Shown: piece by piece, positions 15,129 through 30,878 of the stretch
Position numbering within the stretch: position 1 is the first letter of the stretch
How the letters are laid out: every line of letters begins with the position of its first letter
Origin: the human T2T-CHM13v2.0 reference genome, Homo sapiens
Assembly: GCA_009914755.4 (NCBI GenBank)
Contig: CP068257.2
Coordinates: 24,128,001 to 24,192,000, forward strand
Reading direction: 5' to 3'
DNA length: 64,000 nucleotides
Notes under the pieces: generated by a model
Told to the model about the DNA's origin: nothing
The model's database searches: none
Seen by the model: only the letters and a program-made list of their open reading frames with translations
Position numbers and translations under genes: made by a program

Positions 15129-15960
15129 TTAAATGTGTTTAATTATGTTGATTGATTTTTGAATCACAAACTGATTTTGTTTTCCTGTAATGAACCCGGC
15201 TTGGCTCTGATGTATTATTTTGGCATGTTGCTGGATTCGGTGTACAAGTATTTTGTTGAAGGTTGGTTTTTTGTCTGCAAACATAAGAGATACTGGTCTG
15301 TAATTTTCTTTTCTTGTCAGGCTTTCCTGTGGGTTTTTGCTGTCCCCATAACTAAGTTGGAAGTGTTTCTTTTGTCTCTTATTTCTGAACATTTTTGGAT
15401 AATATTGTTATTTTTTCTTTAAATATTGGATAGACTTCACCAGTGAAACCATCTAGCCCTGGAGTTTTCTTTGTGAGGAGACTTTTTTATTAGTGGATTA
15501 CACTTCTTAAGTAGATATAGGAAAATTAAGAGTTTCAATTTCATCTTAAGTCAGCTTGGACAAGTTGACTCTTTTTCCAAGAAATTTGTCCACTTCATCC
15601 AACTTGTCATATTTGTTGGCATAAAATTGCTATTATCCATTGTCTATAGAATCTGTGGTATATCTTGCTTTCATTCTTGACATCGAAATTTGGGTTTGTC
15701 TCTTTTAAAAAAAAAAAAAGGTCTTGCTAGGGATGAATCAATTTCATTGATCTTTTTAAGGAATTAATTTTTGGCTTTGTTAATTTTCTGTTATTTGTTG
15801 TCTTCTCTACAGATTTATGCTTTTATCTTTATTGCTTTCTTTCTTGTTTGGGTTTAATGTAATCATATCTTTCTGGCTTAACGTGAAAACTTATGTCACT
15901 GGTTTAACACATTTACTTATTTTTTGAGAATCCACAGACCATTTATTAAGATAAATCTTA
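15129..15960 (-). mobile_element. L1 ORF2 fragment (antisense), reverse-transcriptase region
   Basis: the 87-aa minus-strand ORF reads ..ENYRPVSLM..KILVHRIQQHAKIIHQSQAGFITGKQNQFVIQKSINIIKHI, an L1 RT motif; the plus strand is T-rich. Confidence 0.75.
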
Positions 15961-15984
15961 TTTGAGTCCATAGACAAGTCTTGA

Positions 15985-16130
15985 TAAATTTAAAAGGATT
16001 AAAACCACACAAAGTATGTTCTCTGACTATAAGGGATTTAATTAGAAATCAATAGCAGAAAGATACGTAGAGAATACCCAATGATTTGGAAATTAAACAA
16101 TACATTAAAAAGAATTTTTTTACTATATAC
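15985..16130 (+). mobile_element. short L1 ORF2 fragment (sense), region around ..TTWKLNN..
   Basis: ggatttaattagaaatcaatagcagaaagata..tttggaaattaaacaatacatt resembles the L1 ORF2 N-terminal third. Confidence 0.35.
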
Positions 16131-16488
16131 ATTTAAAGCTGTGCATTTCTCCTAAACATAGCTTCAGCTCCATCAAATACATTTTAGAATGTCGTACTTT
16201 TATTATAATTCAGTTTAAATATATACTAAGTTCCTTTGTCATTTCCTATTTTGCACACTTGGATTATTTCAAAATATATTATTTAATTTCAATATCTATC
16301 ACAGTGGCTTTTGTCATTGTGAGAAGTTACGAAGATTCCAAATTTCTTATGAGTGGGTATTGTTTGCTCATAAAAGTTTAGCCCATTAAAAATGATGTGG
16401 CATATGAAATAACATAACATTTTATTTCCTTTTTTATTACTTCTTTGTAAAATCCAATTTTAAACATTTTATTAAAAGCAAAAAGTTA

Positions 16489-16827
<339 letters not shown>

Positions 16828-17174
16828 TCAGTATCTATATATGTAAATCACATGTATTTATGTATATGTGATCTTTACACCACAGGTAACTTAAAAAATG
16901 TGAATGCTGTTCCCTAACAGACCTTTTTACTCTCTTCAGAAACTTCATAACATGGATATTTGAAGGAAATCCTAGAGCTGAATTTAAAGACGGGGTTTGA
17001 GGAGACTTGAGTCATTCTGTATAGTAAAATAAGATTTTGTTGTTTTGTCATTGTTTACCCATAAAATGAGGGAGGAGAGCTAAGCACTATGCCTATGAAG
17101 CCTGCATTGCAGAATCTTTCAGCAAGATTAATGTCAAATGTGGAATTTTAAGATGTTGACATTACTATATGTCA

Positions 17175-17835
<661 letters not shown>

Positions 17836-18223
17836 ATAGTAGTTATATCCTTCCATGTCCACTATCGCCACCTGCACATGTGCCTCTCATAAAAATGCAT
17901 TGAAAAGGTGAGTTTGGAGGCAATTAACCAAAAATCTACCCAGTTTTAGATTTAGGAAATGTAAATCTTAAGGAATGGAAAGCCTTCCTGCAGACGTCTA
18001 AGTTGTGTTTGGGTGTGTATTTATTTGAGTATATCTGCATATAAGTGTTAAAGAATCGGAGGACAATTCACTAATACACATTCGTTATCTCTAGAAAAAG
18101 GATTTTTAACACATTTGCTTATTCCAATTTCTACTATAAAAATAGATCACTGTAGTCATACTCCCACTTATGGTTAAGATGGTATAACCAGAATGAGGTA
18201 AGTCTCATTTATTTATCAGCTTA

Positions 18224-18900
<677 letters not shown>

Positions 18901-19218
18901 AAACCAGCAAAGCCTAGTCCCAGAATAAAATTTAAAATGACTTTTGGGAATAAAAAGTAATAGATTATTGTTAATTTCCATTACTTTAAAATCTGATCCA
19001 TTACATATTATATGCGTGTATCAAAATATCACATATACCCCCAAAATATATACAACTATTATATGTCAATTTTTTAAAAGTTGTACCCAGTCTTCAAATT
19101 CCAACTAAAATGCTAACTGATTCCTTCATCTGAATTTTTGTAGCATTCTTTTATGGCAATTAACACAGTCTATATTTTAGAGATTTTATCCAATTGTATT
19201 GTAAATGGGTTTTATCTA

Positions 19219-19298
19219 TTAGGTTGGTGCAAAAATAATAGCGATTTTTGCAATTACTTTTAATGGCAAAAACCACAATTACTTTCGCACTAACCTAA
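19219..19298. mobile_element. MADE1 (Hsmar1-derived 80-bp palindromic MITE)
   Basis: ttaggttggtgcaaaaataatagcgatttttgcaattacttttaatggcaaaaaccacaattactttcgcactaacctaa closely matches the MADE1 palindrome. Confidence 0.85.
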
Positions 19299-21264
19299 TG
19301 GTTGTGCTGTAAATTCCCAGGGGATAGGGAACACCCAAGATTCATACAACTTTGTGTAAATATGTTAACCATCTTGCATTATTAGTGCCTTACATAAATC
19401 TGATTTTAAAATATATATTTGCCCAGTAAATGAATATTTCAGTAAAGTTTAATAAAAAAATATAAGTATTAACTGGCTATTAATTCATATGAATTTATGT
19501 AGAAGTCTTCTTAAAAATTTGAGAGTTAACTTAAGAATCATTCTCATATCATTATTGCCAGCATGTTTTCCAAAGTATGAGCCTAAATATATGGACTAGC
19601 CAGTTCTCATGGCCATTAGTGTACACTTGTAAAATTATTTTTATTTATGTTGGAATTTGCAAAGTCTATTTTCAAATCCAACTGGGATTATTTTTATGGC
19701 AGAGATTATTACAGCGGTATTTCTAAGTCATGTAGAAAAAAATGTGAATCTGGGAGGTTCTGTGATGCTTAGAGATTTCAGTTCCAACTTGTTCCAGTTG
19801 ATGTCACTATGGCAAAGGTATCCCACACATGTGGCATACAGCAGCGGGGGAAGGAGGATACAAATCTAATAATGTGGCCAAATCAAGAGGAAACGTATTT
19901 GGGGGCAAGGCTAAAATGGGAATGGGAGCATGGCAGAACATCAGGATTCCACATCTGGAATCAGAGGGGCTGAGTGAATGCATTTACCTGATCTTCTATG
20001 AGTCAGCAAAACAAACACACAAAGCCATCGTGAGTTTGGAAGCTGTGAAACTGCTGCTCTTTGCAATGACAGATCTTCCTATGCTCTGAACTGCAGCAAT
20101 ACATTGAGGTAGCAGTAATTACAGACTTTCATATGGCTTCTCTGCTCTGTAGAAGTAGTAAATGAACCTCTTGGGGCTAAATTTCTAGCTTTGGGCTCCT
20201 GCACCATCTTTCTCCCTACAGGAAGTCACGACAGACAACAGAGGAAGTCCAAAGCAAGGACAACGCTGTTTATGAAAAGGAGTGGTAATGGTTCAGAGTG
20301 AAAATTAACAGATGTTGGGATAAAAATGTCTGCCTGGGTACTTTATGGCTCCAAAGTAAATAATATGTCCCTGAGTTTTAGCAGCTGTTTAGGGACTCCT
20401 GTATCTTAGTGTTAGTTTAAACGGCAAGGTAAAGGAACTCATGTAACTTAACACTGTTCATCAACACAAACTTACTGGATATCTTTCTGAAATGTGAAAA
20501 CAGATCTGTTTTCAGATACTATTCAACTGTGCAAGGAGGCAAACAGATGTATTCATTAACACTCCCCACAGAGCATATTGTGATATTTGCAAATGGAAAA
20601 TGCTGGAGCTGAGGTTACACAAATGTTTTCTGTTATGAAACTTCCTTCCATAAGACCATGATTTTCAAGGAGGATCTCATTTAGGACTGTTTTTTGTTGT
20701 TATACTTTCTGTAATGGGTGATTTTTCTAATTAAGATAATTTGCATTTTAACCTTGTTTTAGAAAGTGATTATTCTTTTTTTTTCTGTCTAAAGGTAGAT
20801 AATGTTACCTGTTTAAATTCATTTTTTTAACCCAAGTTTTGCCTCAGGATCTATAAGTCAATTTTTTATAGTAAGATATTGGATGCCCAGTGAAGAAAAG
20901 GTTTTTGCCAAGCTGAAAGAAATTCAAGGCAAGATTGTGAGATGTCATTGGTACAATACACACCAACTAAGAATCCTTGTTTCTGTTTTATGCCTATGAA
21001 CCAATAACAGTGATCAGTGTGGGGACATTTCATTGGAATTCTGCCTGAGAAAAAGCAGGAGTGTTCAGTCCTTCAGCGCCACCAACAGCTCTGGATGCCA
21101 AAGGACCATGCTGGTAGGGCTCAGAGTGCTCAGACAGAAGTATGAGGCAGAGTTTCATGGGGAAATGAGATGGGTCTGAGATGGGTAGGAAGAGGGGGAA
21201 AATGGGCCTCTCAATGCTCTCATAGCCTCTTAATGCTCTCAAAACAGCCACTGAGGCAATGAAA

Positions 21265-22006
21265 TTTTTTTTTAACTTTTAGGTTCAGAGATACATGTGC
21301 AAGCTTGTTATACAGGTAAATTATGTTTCAAGGGGGTTTGATGTACAGATTATTTTGTCACCTAGGTAATAAGCATAGTATCTGATAGGTCGTTTTTTGA
21401 TCCTCACCCTCCACCCACCCTCCACCCTCAACTAAGCCCTGGTGTATGTGGTTCCCTTCTTTGTGTCCATGTGTTCTCAATGCTTAGCTTCCACTTATAA
21501 GTGAGAACATGCAGTATTTGGTTTTCTGTTCCTGCCTTTGTTCACTTAGGATAATGGTCTCCAGCTCTGTCCATGTTTCTGCAAAGAACATGATCTCATT
21601 CTTCTTTTATGGCTGCATAGTATTCCATGCTATATTGTACCACATTTTCTTTATCCAGTCTACCATTGATGAGCATTCAGATTGATTCCTCATCTTTGGT
21701 ACTGTGAATAGTGCTGCAATGAACATGCACATGCATGTCGTCTTTCTGGTGGAATAATTTGTATTCCTTTAATTATATACCCAATAATGGGATTGCTAAG
21801 GTCGAATGGTAATTCTAAGTTCTCTAAGAAATCACCAAACTGCTTTCTGCAGTGGCTGAACTAATTTACATGAGCACCAGCAATGTATGTATATGAGCAT
21901 TCCCTTATCTTTGCAACCTCACCAGCATCTGTTATTTTTTTACTTTTTTATAATAGCCATTCTGACTGGTGAGAGATGGTATCCCACTGTGGTTTTGATT
22001 TGCATT
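21265..22006 (-). mobile_element. L1 3' end (antisense): ORF2 C-terminus plus 3' UTR
   Basis: poly-T then ttaacttttaggttcagagatacatgtgcaag..tataagtgagaacatgcagtatttggttttctgttcc..gctgcatagtattccatg.. is the reverse complement of the L1 3' end. Confidence 0.8.
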
Positions 22007-22016
22007 AATTAAAAGA

Positions 22017-22328
<312 letters not shown>

Positions 22329-22924
22329 TGAAAGGCACAGGGAGAACCCAGGTTTCTGTGGACTCCACCAGGACATGATGGAAAATGGACCTTGAATGAA
22401 ATTCCTTGATTACGTGGCTAGGAAGACTCCTGGTATCTGCTGTGGTAACTTCAAGCCACAGAGGAGAGACAGAAAATTCCCTGAGTCCGGGGGATAATAG
22501 TCATGACAAGGGTGAAACAGAAAACGAAAAAAAAAGAGAGGAAGGGTTGATACCTGTTGACAGAATAAACACTACAAAGGAAAATCATCCTTGTAAAGTA
22601 AATTCTGTCAACATGAATCTTGTTCGTCAAATTTGATTTTAATATTGAGAGTAAGATAGTTTTCAGTTTGTCTGCTGGGACCATGATGAAGCACTTTCTT
22701 CATCTAGAATTTCCCTGGTGATCTTTCTGGGGATATTTTTCTGTATCCCAAGCTTTCAGCAAATTTTGATGTGTTGCCCACTTTGTGTGAAGAGAGATAC
22801 AAAAGAAGCTTATGTGACCCCTGCTTCCCCATGTGCAAGACAAAACTGGCCCCTAATGAATTGAGATGAGATTCCCAAGATTTGGGGACTTCATGGAAGG
22901 GTAAAATTACAAAACAATAACAAT

Positions 22925-23712
<788 letters not shown>

Positions 23713-23799
23713 CAACAACAAACCCACAAGCCAACAACCTGAGGTGGATGACACATGCTTTCAAAATTTGTATTTTGTAAAATCAGAATTAAAAAACAT

Positions 23800-24115
23800 G
23801 GCTGGGTGCAGTGGCTCATGCCTGTAATCCCGACACTGTGGAAGGCTAAGGCAGGAAAACTGCTTGAGATTAGGAGTTCAAGACCAGCCTGGGCAACACA
23901 GTGAGACACCCCATCTCTACAAAAAATTTAAAAATTACCCAGGCATGGTCATGTATGCCTTGTAGTCCCAGCCATTCAGGAGGCTGAGGTGGGAGGACCA
24001 TTTGAGCCCAGGAGGTAGAGGCTGCAGTGAGCCATGATGGTCACTGCACTCCAGGCTGGGTGACACAGCAAGACCCTTTCTCAAAACCAAACAAGCAACA
24101 AACAACAAAACAAAA
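23800..24115 (+). mobile_element. Alu (sense)
   Basis: ggctgggtgcagtggctcatgcctgtaatcccgacactgtggaagg...; A-rich tail aaaaccaaacaagcaacaaac. Confidence 0.9.
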
Positions 24116-24573
24116 CCTATGACATTATAATTTAATAAATTAACAGAAAAAGGATGTACTAGTGATGTAATCAAAGAATAAAGGAGTATTCTTTAAATAC
24201 ATTTAACTTTTTAAGCATCTCATATATTTATCCTTATTTTTTAGGACCAGTGAAATTTTGAAATTTTCATTAGTAACTGGTGAGGATGTGCTGAAATACA
24301 TTACGGTAATTGTAACATGGCGCCCTAGGTAAAATTTGGTTCTAATATTTTCAAAACCTTAAATATGCTGGTAGAAACCTCGCAGGAGGTGAGGCCTAAA
24401 TATATCCTGAGACCTTGCTTCTGGGAAAACCACCAGAAGGGATTATTTGATTATATCCATATTAAGCTGATAGTTTAACCAAAAGAGTAATTTCTAAGGA
24501 GGTAGAATGTTCTGTGACATCATGAGAGAATGAGAGAGCAAGAGTGACATAGAGGAGTTGAGGAGGTAGAGCA

Positions 24574-24577
<4 letters not shown>

Positions 24578-24611
<34 letters not shown>

Positions 24612-24882
24612 AGATGGAGTCTTGCTCTGTCGCCAAGCTGGTGCAATCTCGGCTCACTGCAACCTCCAACTCCCTTGTTCAGGCGATTCTCCTGCCTCAG
24701 CCTCCCGAGTAGCTGGGATTACAGGCACGCACCACCAAGCCCAGCTAATTTTTGTATTTTTAGTAGAGACGGGGTTTCACCATGTTGGCCAGGATGATCT
24801 CAGTCTCCTGACCTTGTGATCCGCCTGCCTCTGCCTCCCAAAGTGCTGGGATAACAGGCGTAAGCATCGCGCGGGGCCGGGT
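24578..24882 (-). mobile_element. AluY-like (antisense); T34 tail and a small internal deletion
   Basis: T34 then gagatggagtcttgctctgtcgccaagctggtgcaatctcggctcactgcaacc... (lacks caggctggagtgcagtggcg). Confidence 0.9.
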
Positions 24883-26020
24883 GGCATTTTTATAAAGAGT
24901 TTATTTCCCTTTTTAAATTTAAGCTACACTATGCCTATGATCTGCTACTCTTTCTTATGGAGGTAGGGGTGTGTGCGTGTGGGTGTGAGAGAGTGTGTCT
25001 TGTTCTTGTTGTTGCTTCTGTTGTTGTTAAAGAAATTATTCATGAGTGATGCAGGGTTGAGACTTAGCCATTGATAGAAAATACGTGAGGGCAGATCTTC
25101 ATCTCACACAAAGAGGGAACTCAAGTGATAAAGTAGAATTGAGCCTGGACTATAATTTTGATCTCTTGCATGTGAAGCTATTAAAACAGAATCATACATA
25201 TTTGGAGAAAGGTTCTGATATTATACTAATGTATTCTGGTGTGATTTCTTACCGATGCCCTATGACAAATTCCAAGCCCTATAGGCAAAGTTTTTGTTGA
25301 TGCAAAAGGATATTCTCATCAGTTATTTCAGAAAGAGGTGCATTCTAAATGAGGAAATTAGGACTGACAACTCAGTCCTTAGATTGGCTTGGCAAGGAGA
25401 AACTGTATGGCACCTGTTTCTGTTGTATAGATCTTTGCTGGTAGCACGGGATACCAGTGTCAGGAGACTAGCTCAAAGGTACTCTGTCTGGGTAGAGGAT
25501 TACATACTTTCTATCCTCATGCACACTGGGCCAAGGCATCCGGTAAAGATGGCTCCTGGACGAAGAGCTCTGAAAGCTGCAGTATCCATTGGCAGCTGAA
25601 ATAAAACTGTGTATTGCATTGAAATGACTTTCTGTCATTCGAGTTAAGTCCTGAACGTTGAGTTAAGTCTTACTAAAGGCTGCAACCTGTCTCAGTTGTG
25701 CTGAGCAATAAAAGAGTAGGTTCCATGTTTGGTCCATGTGGGAGGGACTTCCGCTCTTTAGATAATATATTGGTCCTGATGTTATTAAATTCTTATTTTA
25801 TTCATTATAAATGTTTTACATGAACTAAAAGTATTGCATTAAAATATTTATTGCAATCACTGAGTTTTTCTGTGCCTCTGCAAATTTTACACCCCATTAT
25901 CAGCACTGATTATTTCAACTATAAAACGTCATGATCTGTTTTACAGTGAGACAAGGAGTTTTAAGTTTCCAAGTTCACAGGAAATGAAACAAGAAATGTA
26001 ACAATATGGTTTTATATCAC

Positions 26021-26120
26021 ATTTTGGGAGGCTGAGGCGGGAGGATCACTTGAGGCCAGGAGTTTGAGAGTAGCCTGGGCAACATAGTGAGTCTCCTGTC
26101 TCTTTAAAAAAATAATAAAA
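26021..26120 (+). mobile_element. Alu left-arm fragment (monomer-like)
   Basis: tttgggaggctgaggcgggaggatcacttgaggccaggagtttgagagtagcctgggcaacatagtgag + A-rich. Confidence 0.7.
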
Positions 26121-26146
26121 CAGTAAAAATTTTTAAAAATACAACT

Positions 26147-26560
26147 TATCAAAATTTGTGGGATGCAGTGAAAGCAGTGCTTAGAAGGAAATTTATAGCA
26201 TTAAATATATATATTAGATGAAAAGAAATATCTAAAATCAATAAGCTATAGGAAAGGAAACTATAGAAAAGAATAAGAGTGATGCAAACAGAGAAAAAAA
26301 TAAAAATTAGAGCAGAAATCACTGAAATTGAAAATAAACCAAAGAAAATGAACGAAATCAAAGCTGGACTTCAGTTAATAACATTGTCACTACTGGTTCA
26401 ATAATTGTGACAAATGTACCATACTAATGGAAGATGTTAATAATTGAAGAAGCTGGCTGTGAGACATGTCTCTGAACTGTTTGTATTATCTCTGCAAATC
26501 TTTAAATACATAGCTGTTACAAAAACAATGTTTTTTAAAAAATATTAAATATCTGGTTTG
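26147..26560 (+). mobile_element. L1 fragments (sense): an ORF2 piece joined to an L1M-type 3' end
   Basis: caaaatttgtgggatgcagtgaaagcagtgcttagaaggaaatttatagcattaaat (= QNLWDAAKAVLRGKFIALN) ... then ..aaatgtaccatactaatggaagatgttaataat..ctctgcaaatctttaaatacatagctgttacaaaaacaatg. Confidence 0.65.
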
Positions 26561-27220
26561 AGAGGGTGAATTCATTACTAAGCAAGTTGGCAGTATCTGC
26601 TTTTAAAAAAGCTTTGAGAATGACACTAAGGACCCATATTTTAGAGATGGCTCAGATCCGACATGGCCAAGACTCAGGAAAGGCATATTTTGGGTTCCTT
26701 TTGAAGTGTGAAATTTGAGTATGAAATTGTCTGAGATCTTCAAGCAGTCACCTTCCATCCATTTCCAAATGGGACAGGATATAAATAAGTTTATTGCTTT
26801 TGAAAGATCATGTGTAAAAGGGCTACAAAAACAAGGACATGGAGAAAAGGCAGAAGGTGCTTCTAGAAATAGGATTTTAAAAAGTGAAAGTTCTGCGTTA
26901 ACAAGACTTGCAAAAAAACTGCTTAGGTTGGCAAGAGCTATTTTTTGAAAAAGGAATTTTGAAGGAAAGATCAGAGGTACTTGTCCCACATAAGGTCTGC
27001 TTTAGAAAAGATGGGATATTAATATTGCTATGTCACCTAATTTTGACTTTTAGAACAGGAACACCCCAAATAACAAGGGTGGTGTAACAAAATAGAAAGC
27101 TTGTCTCATTCTCATATTGAATTTGGAGCCAACTGACCAGGGCTTGGTTTCCTCATCTGTAAGATGGATGACAACAGCACATCATGGTGATGGTCATCAT
27201 CATCATAACTATTAGACTGT

Positions 27221-27531
27221 GGCCGGGCGCAGTGGCTTACGCCTGTGATCCCATCACTTTGGGAGGCCGAGGAGGGCGGATCACCTGAGTAGGAGTTTGA
27301 GACCAGTCTGGCTAACATGGTGAAACCCCGTCTCTACTAAAGATACAAAAGTTAGCCGGGCATGGTGGCAGGCGCCTGTAATCCCAGCTACTCAGGAGGC
27401 TGAGGCAGGGGAATCGCTTGAACTTAGGAGGCAGAGTTTGCGGTGAGCCAAGATAGCAGCACTTCCCAGGCTGGGTGACAGAGCAAGACTCTGTCTCAAA
27501 AAAAAAAAAATAAATAAATAAATAAAAAATA
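27221..27531 (+). mobile_element. Alu (sense)
   Basis: ggccgggcgcagtggcttacgcctgtgatcccatcactttgggagg...; (A)n(AAAT)n tail. Confidence 0.9.
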
Positions 27532-27900
27532 AGAATCACAAACACATGTATGCACAACCCAAACACTGACAGAGAAAGCTCTGTAAATGAACATCCTAAG
27601 CCTCATTCACACAGGACAGCTTTATAGATTTCTTAACATCCCTGTTTTTAGCTATAGAATTGCTAATTGTGCAACAAATGCTATAGAGGTGCTCGCTTGG
27701 CATAAAAAGGAACAGTGAAATCCATAAGCCTGAAATCCATCAGCATACTGAAAACCAAAATGTGGGAATACTTTGGGAAGGAAGTATGTGTGTGGTATGG
27801 GAGAGAGCACTGGCTTTGCAGCCAGGTAGATTTAGATTGGACCCTGTCAGAGCCACTCACTCATAGCTTAAACTTGGAGACTTTGCAAACTTCGTTTTCT

Positions 27901-28206
27901 TTTTAGTTTTTTTTGGAGACAGGGTCTCACTCTGTCACCCCAGGCTGAAATGCAGTGACATGATCATGGGTTGCTGCAGACTCAACCTCCCGGGCTAACA
28001 TGATCCTCCCACCTTAGACTCCTGGGTAGCGGGGACTATAGTTGGGTGCCACCACGCTCCGCTAAGTTTTGTATTTTTTGTGTGGAGACAGGGTTTCACC
28101 ATGTTTGCCAGGCTGGTCTTAAACTCCACTCCTGGGCTCAAGTGATCCACCTGCCTTGATCTCCCAAAGTGCTAGGATTACGGGCACGGGCCACGGCACC
28201 TGGCCT
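27901..28206 (-). mobile_element. Alu (antisense, AluJ-like, diverged)
   Basis: ttttttttggagacagggtctcactctgtcaccccaggctgaaatgcagtgacatgatcatgg...ggccacggcacctggcc. Confidence 0.85.
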
Positions 28207-28761
28207 GCAAATTTCTTTCGTCCTGCATTTCCCCACCTGTAAGGTGAAGATGTTCCCTGGAGATCTGTATTGTTAACGCTCTTAAACCAGTGACACACCC
28301 AGAAACTAGGACAGGGATGCTATTAGAATAAGAAAATATGAGAAATATGAGGATAGGAAAATGTTTCAAAGCAAGTTGCATGTAATGTAAACTAGATCTC
28401 TGAAGACAGGGCTGTTATCTTCCTGCCTAAAATAAGTGGTTCTGTATTATGGAACTTAGCTTTAGCTGGTGGATACTAGCCATGACATTTTGACTCAATG
28501 AACAATAAACTCTTCCACTGTCTCACTTCTCAAGACCCCCCAGATGTAACCTGCTAAAACACCTACAGATTATTAATTTTTATTCATATGCTCTCTGACT
28601 TGGTAGCAGGGGAGAGGCACTTAACGTTCTTTAGACAGAAGATGAAGAAACAGACAGTATGTCAACAAATTGTTAGTGTTAGGAGCCCTTTAATAACTTC
28701 AGCGAGGCATCCTTTTAGGAGCTCTAAAAATAAGCTTCAAATTTAAAGTGGCACCTAGAGA

Positions 28762-28796
28762 GCTGAGATTACAGGCGTGAGCCACCATGCCTGGCC
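28762..28796 (-). mobile_element. short Alu 5'-end fragment (antisense)
   Basis: gctgagattacaggcgtgagccaccatgcctggcc. Confidence 0.7.
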
Positions 28797-29305
28797 CTAT
28801 ATTTAAATTCACGTGTATGCACACCATACCCAGAAAACCCCCTTTGAAAAAAATAACAAAGTTATTTCTAATTGGCAACATACAGAGTTGTACAGCTTAT
28901 TGTTTACAAAATAAATCAAACTCTTAAACTGAACGACAGGAAAGTGAGAGTTTAAGATGAGAGCGGTTTTCTGCAAATTGGGACCAATACCTATTTTAGT
29001 CACCATTCCAGGTCTCCTGTTATCTGAATAGTGTCTTGTCTGATAGACTAAACTTACACACCATTACTATTGTTGATAATGCTAATAAACTAGAAATCAA
29101 TATAATGAACTTTAGCCTGAAATTCCTTAAATATAAGTCTTTGCATTATGCCCAAGGTATTTTTATTGTATTGTCTTAAAATTTAGATTTTAACATTTCG
29201 TTAAGTTTAACGTAAGAAATGTATTCTTTAAGAAAAAACTTCCACTTTGGATGTTTTTTTTGGAAGAAAAATGCCAGGGACATCATCATACCTAGAGAGA
29301 TTTAA

Positions 29306-29633
<328 letters not shown>

Positions 29634-30072
29634 CAAAAATACGTTTTTATTACAGAAAAAAAGTTGGTTTCTTTGGTACAGATTTTTTTCCCCCATAACA
29701 ACTTGCTATAAAAAAGTAAGACTCACCTCTCTTCTTCCAGCAACCCCCAGGGAATAAGATTATCCATCCAGTAGAGAATAGAACTAGGAAAGATAAATCC
29801 CTCTTTGACTTCTGATATTCTATTTTTCTGATGTTTTCTGTACCTCCATTACTGGTTTGACATAATATTTGGCCTTTGAGTTTTTAACTTTTCCCAGTTG
29901 TCATTCTTGAGAAAGTGAAAAGATAATAAGTTTCAACATAAATTTGGAGTAAGCTCCAGTTTTCACACAAACACAAATCACAAGGCACTTACAATGTTTC
30001 ACGAGCTACAAGTCTTTTAAAAATACCACCTATTAGCCATTGAACACAGGGCTGTTACAAACTTATTTATCA

Positions 30073-30480
<408 letters not shown>

Positions 30481-30512
30481 TTAATACAGAATCTTATTCA
30501 AGTGGATGCTAA

Positions 30513-30878
<366 letters not shown>

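Noticed and set aside
15129-15392. 87-aa minus-strand ORF
   Set aside because: It is a remnant of the L1 ORF2 reverse-transcriptase domain (..YRPVSLM..HRIQQH..AGFI.. motif) inside a truncated, frame-disrupted L1. The same applies to the ORFs at 40658-40867 and 42922-43125, which are also L1 ORF2 pieces.
24960-25030. GT/GTT-rich low-complexity run (gtgtgtgcgtgtgggtgtgagagagtgtgtcttgttcttgttgttgcttctgttgttgtt)
   Set aside because: It is a short impure simple repeat and not worth a feature call beyond this note. The same applies to the purine-rich run at 11085-11145 and the CT-rich run at 23100-23182.
25290-25760. 101-aa plus-strand ORF and a CpG-retaining segment with two AATAAA signals
   Set aside because: No domain similarity. 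The AATAAA plus ..tgtgggagggacttccgctc.. arrangement looks more like an unclassified LTR R-U5 region or a 3' UTR fragment than coding sequence, and I could not support either. I leave it unannotated.
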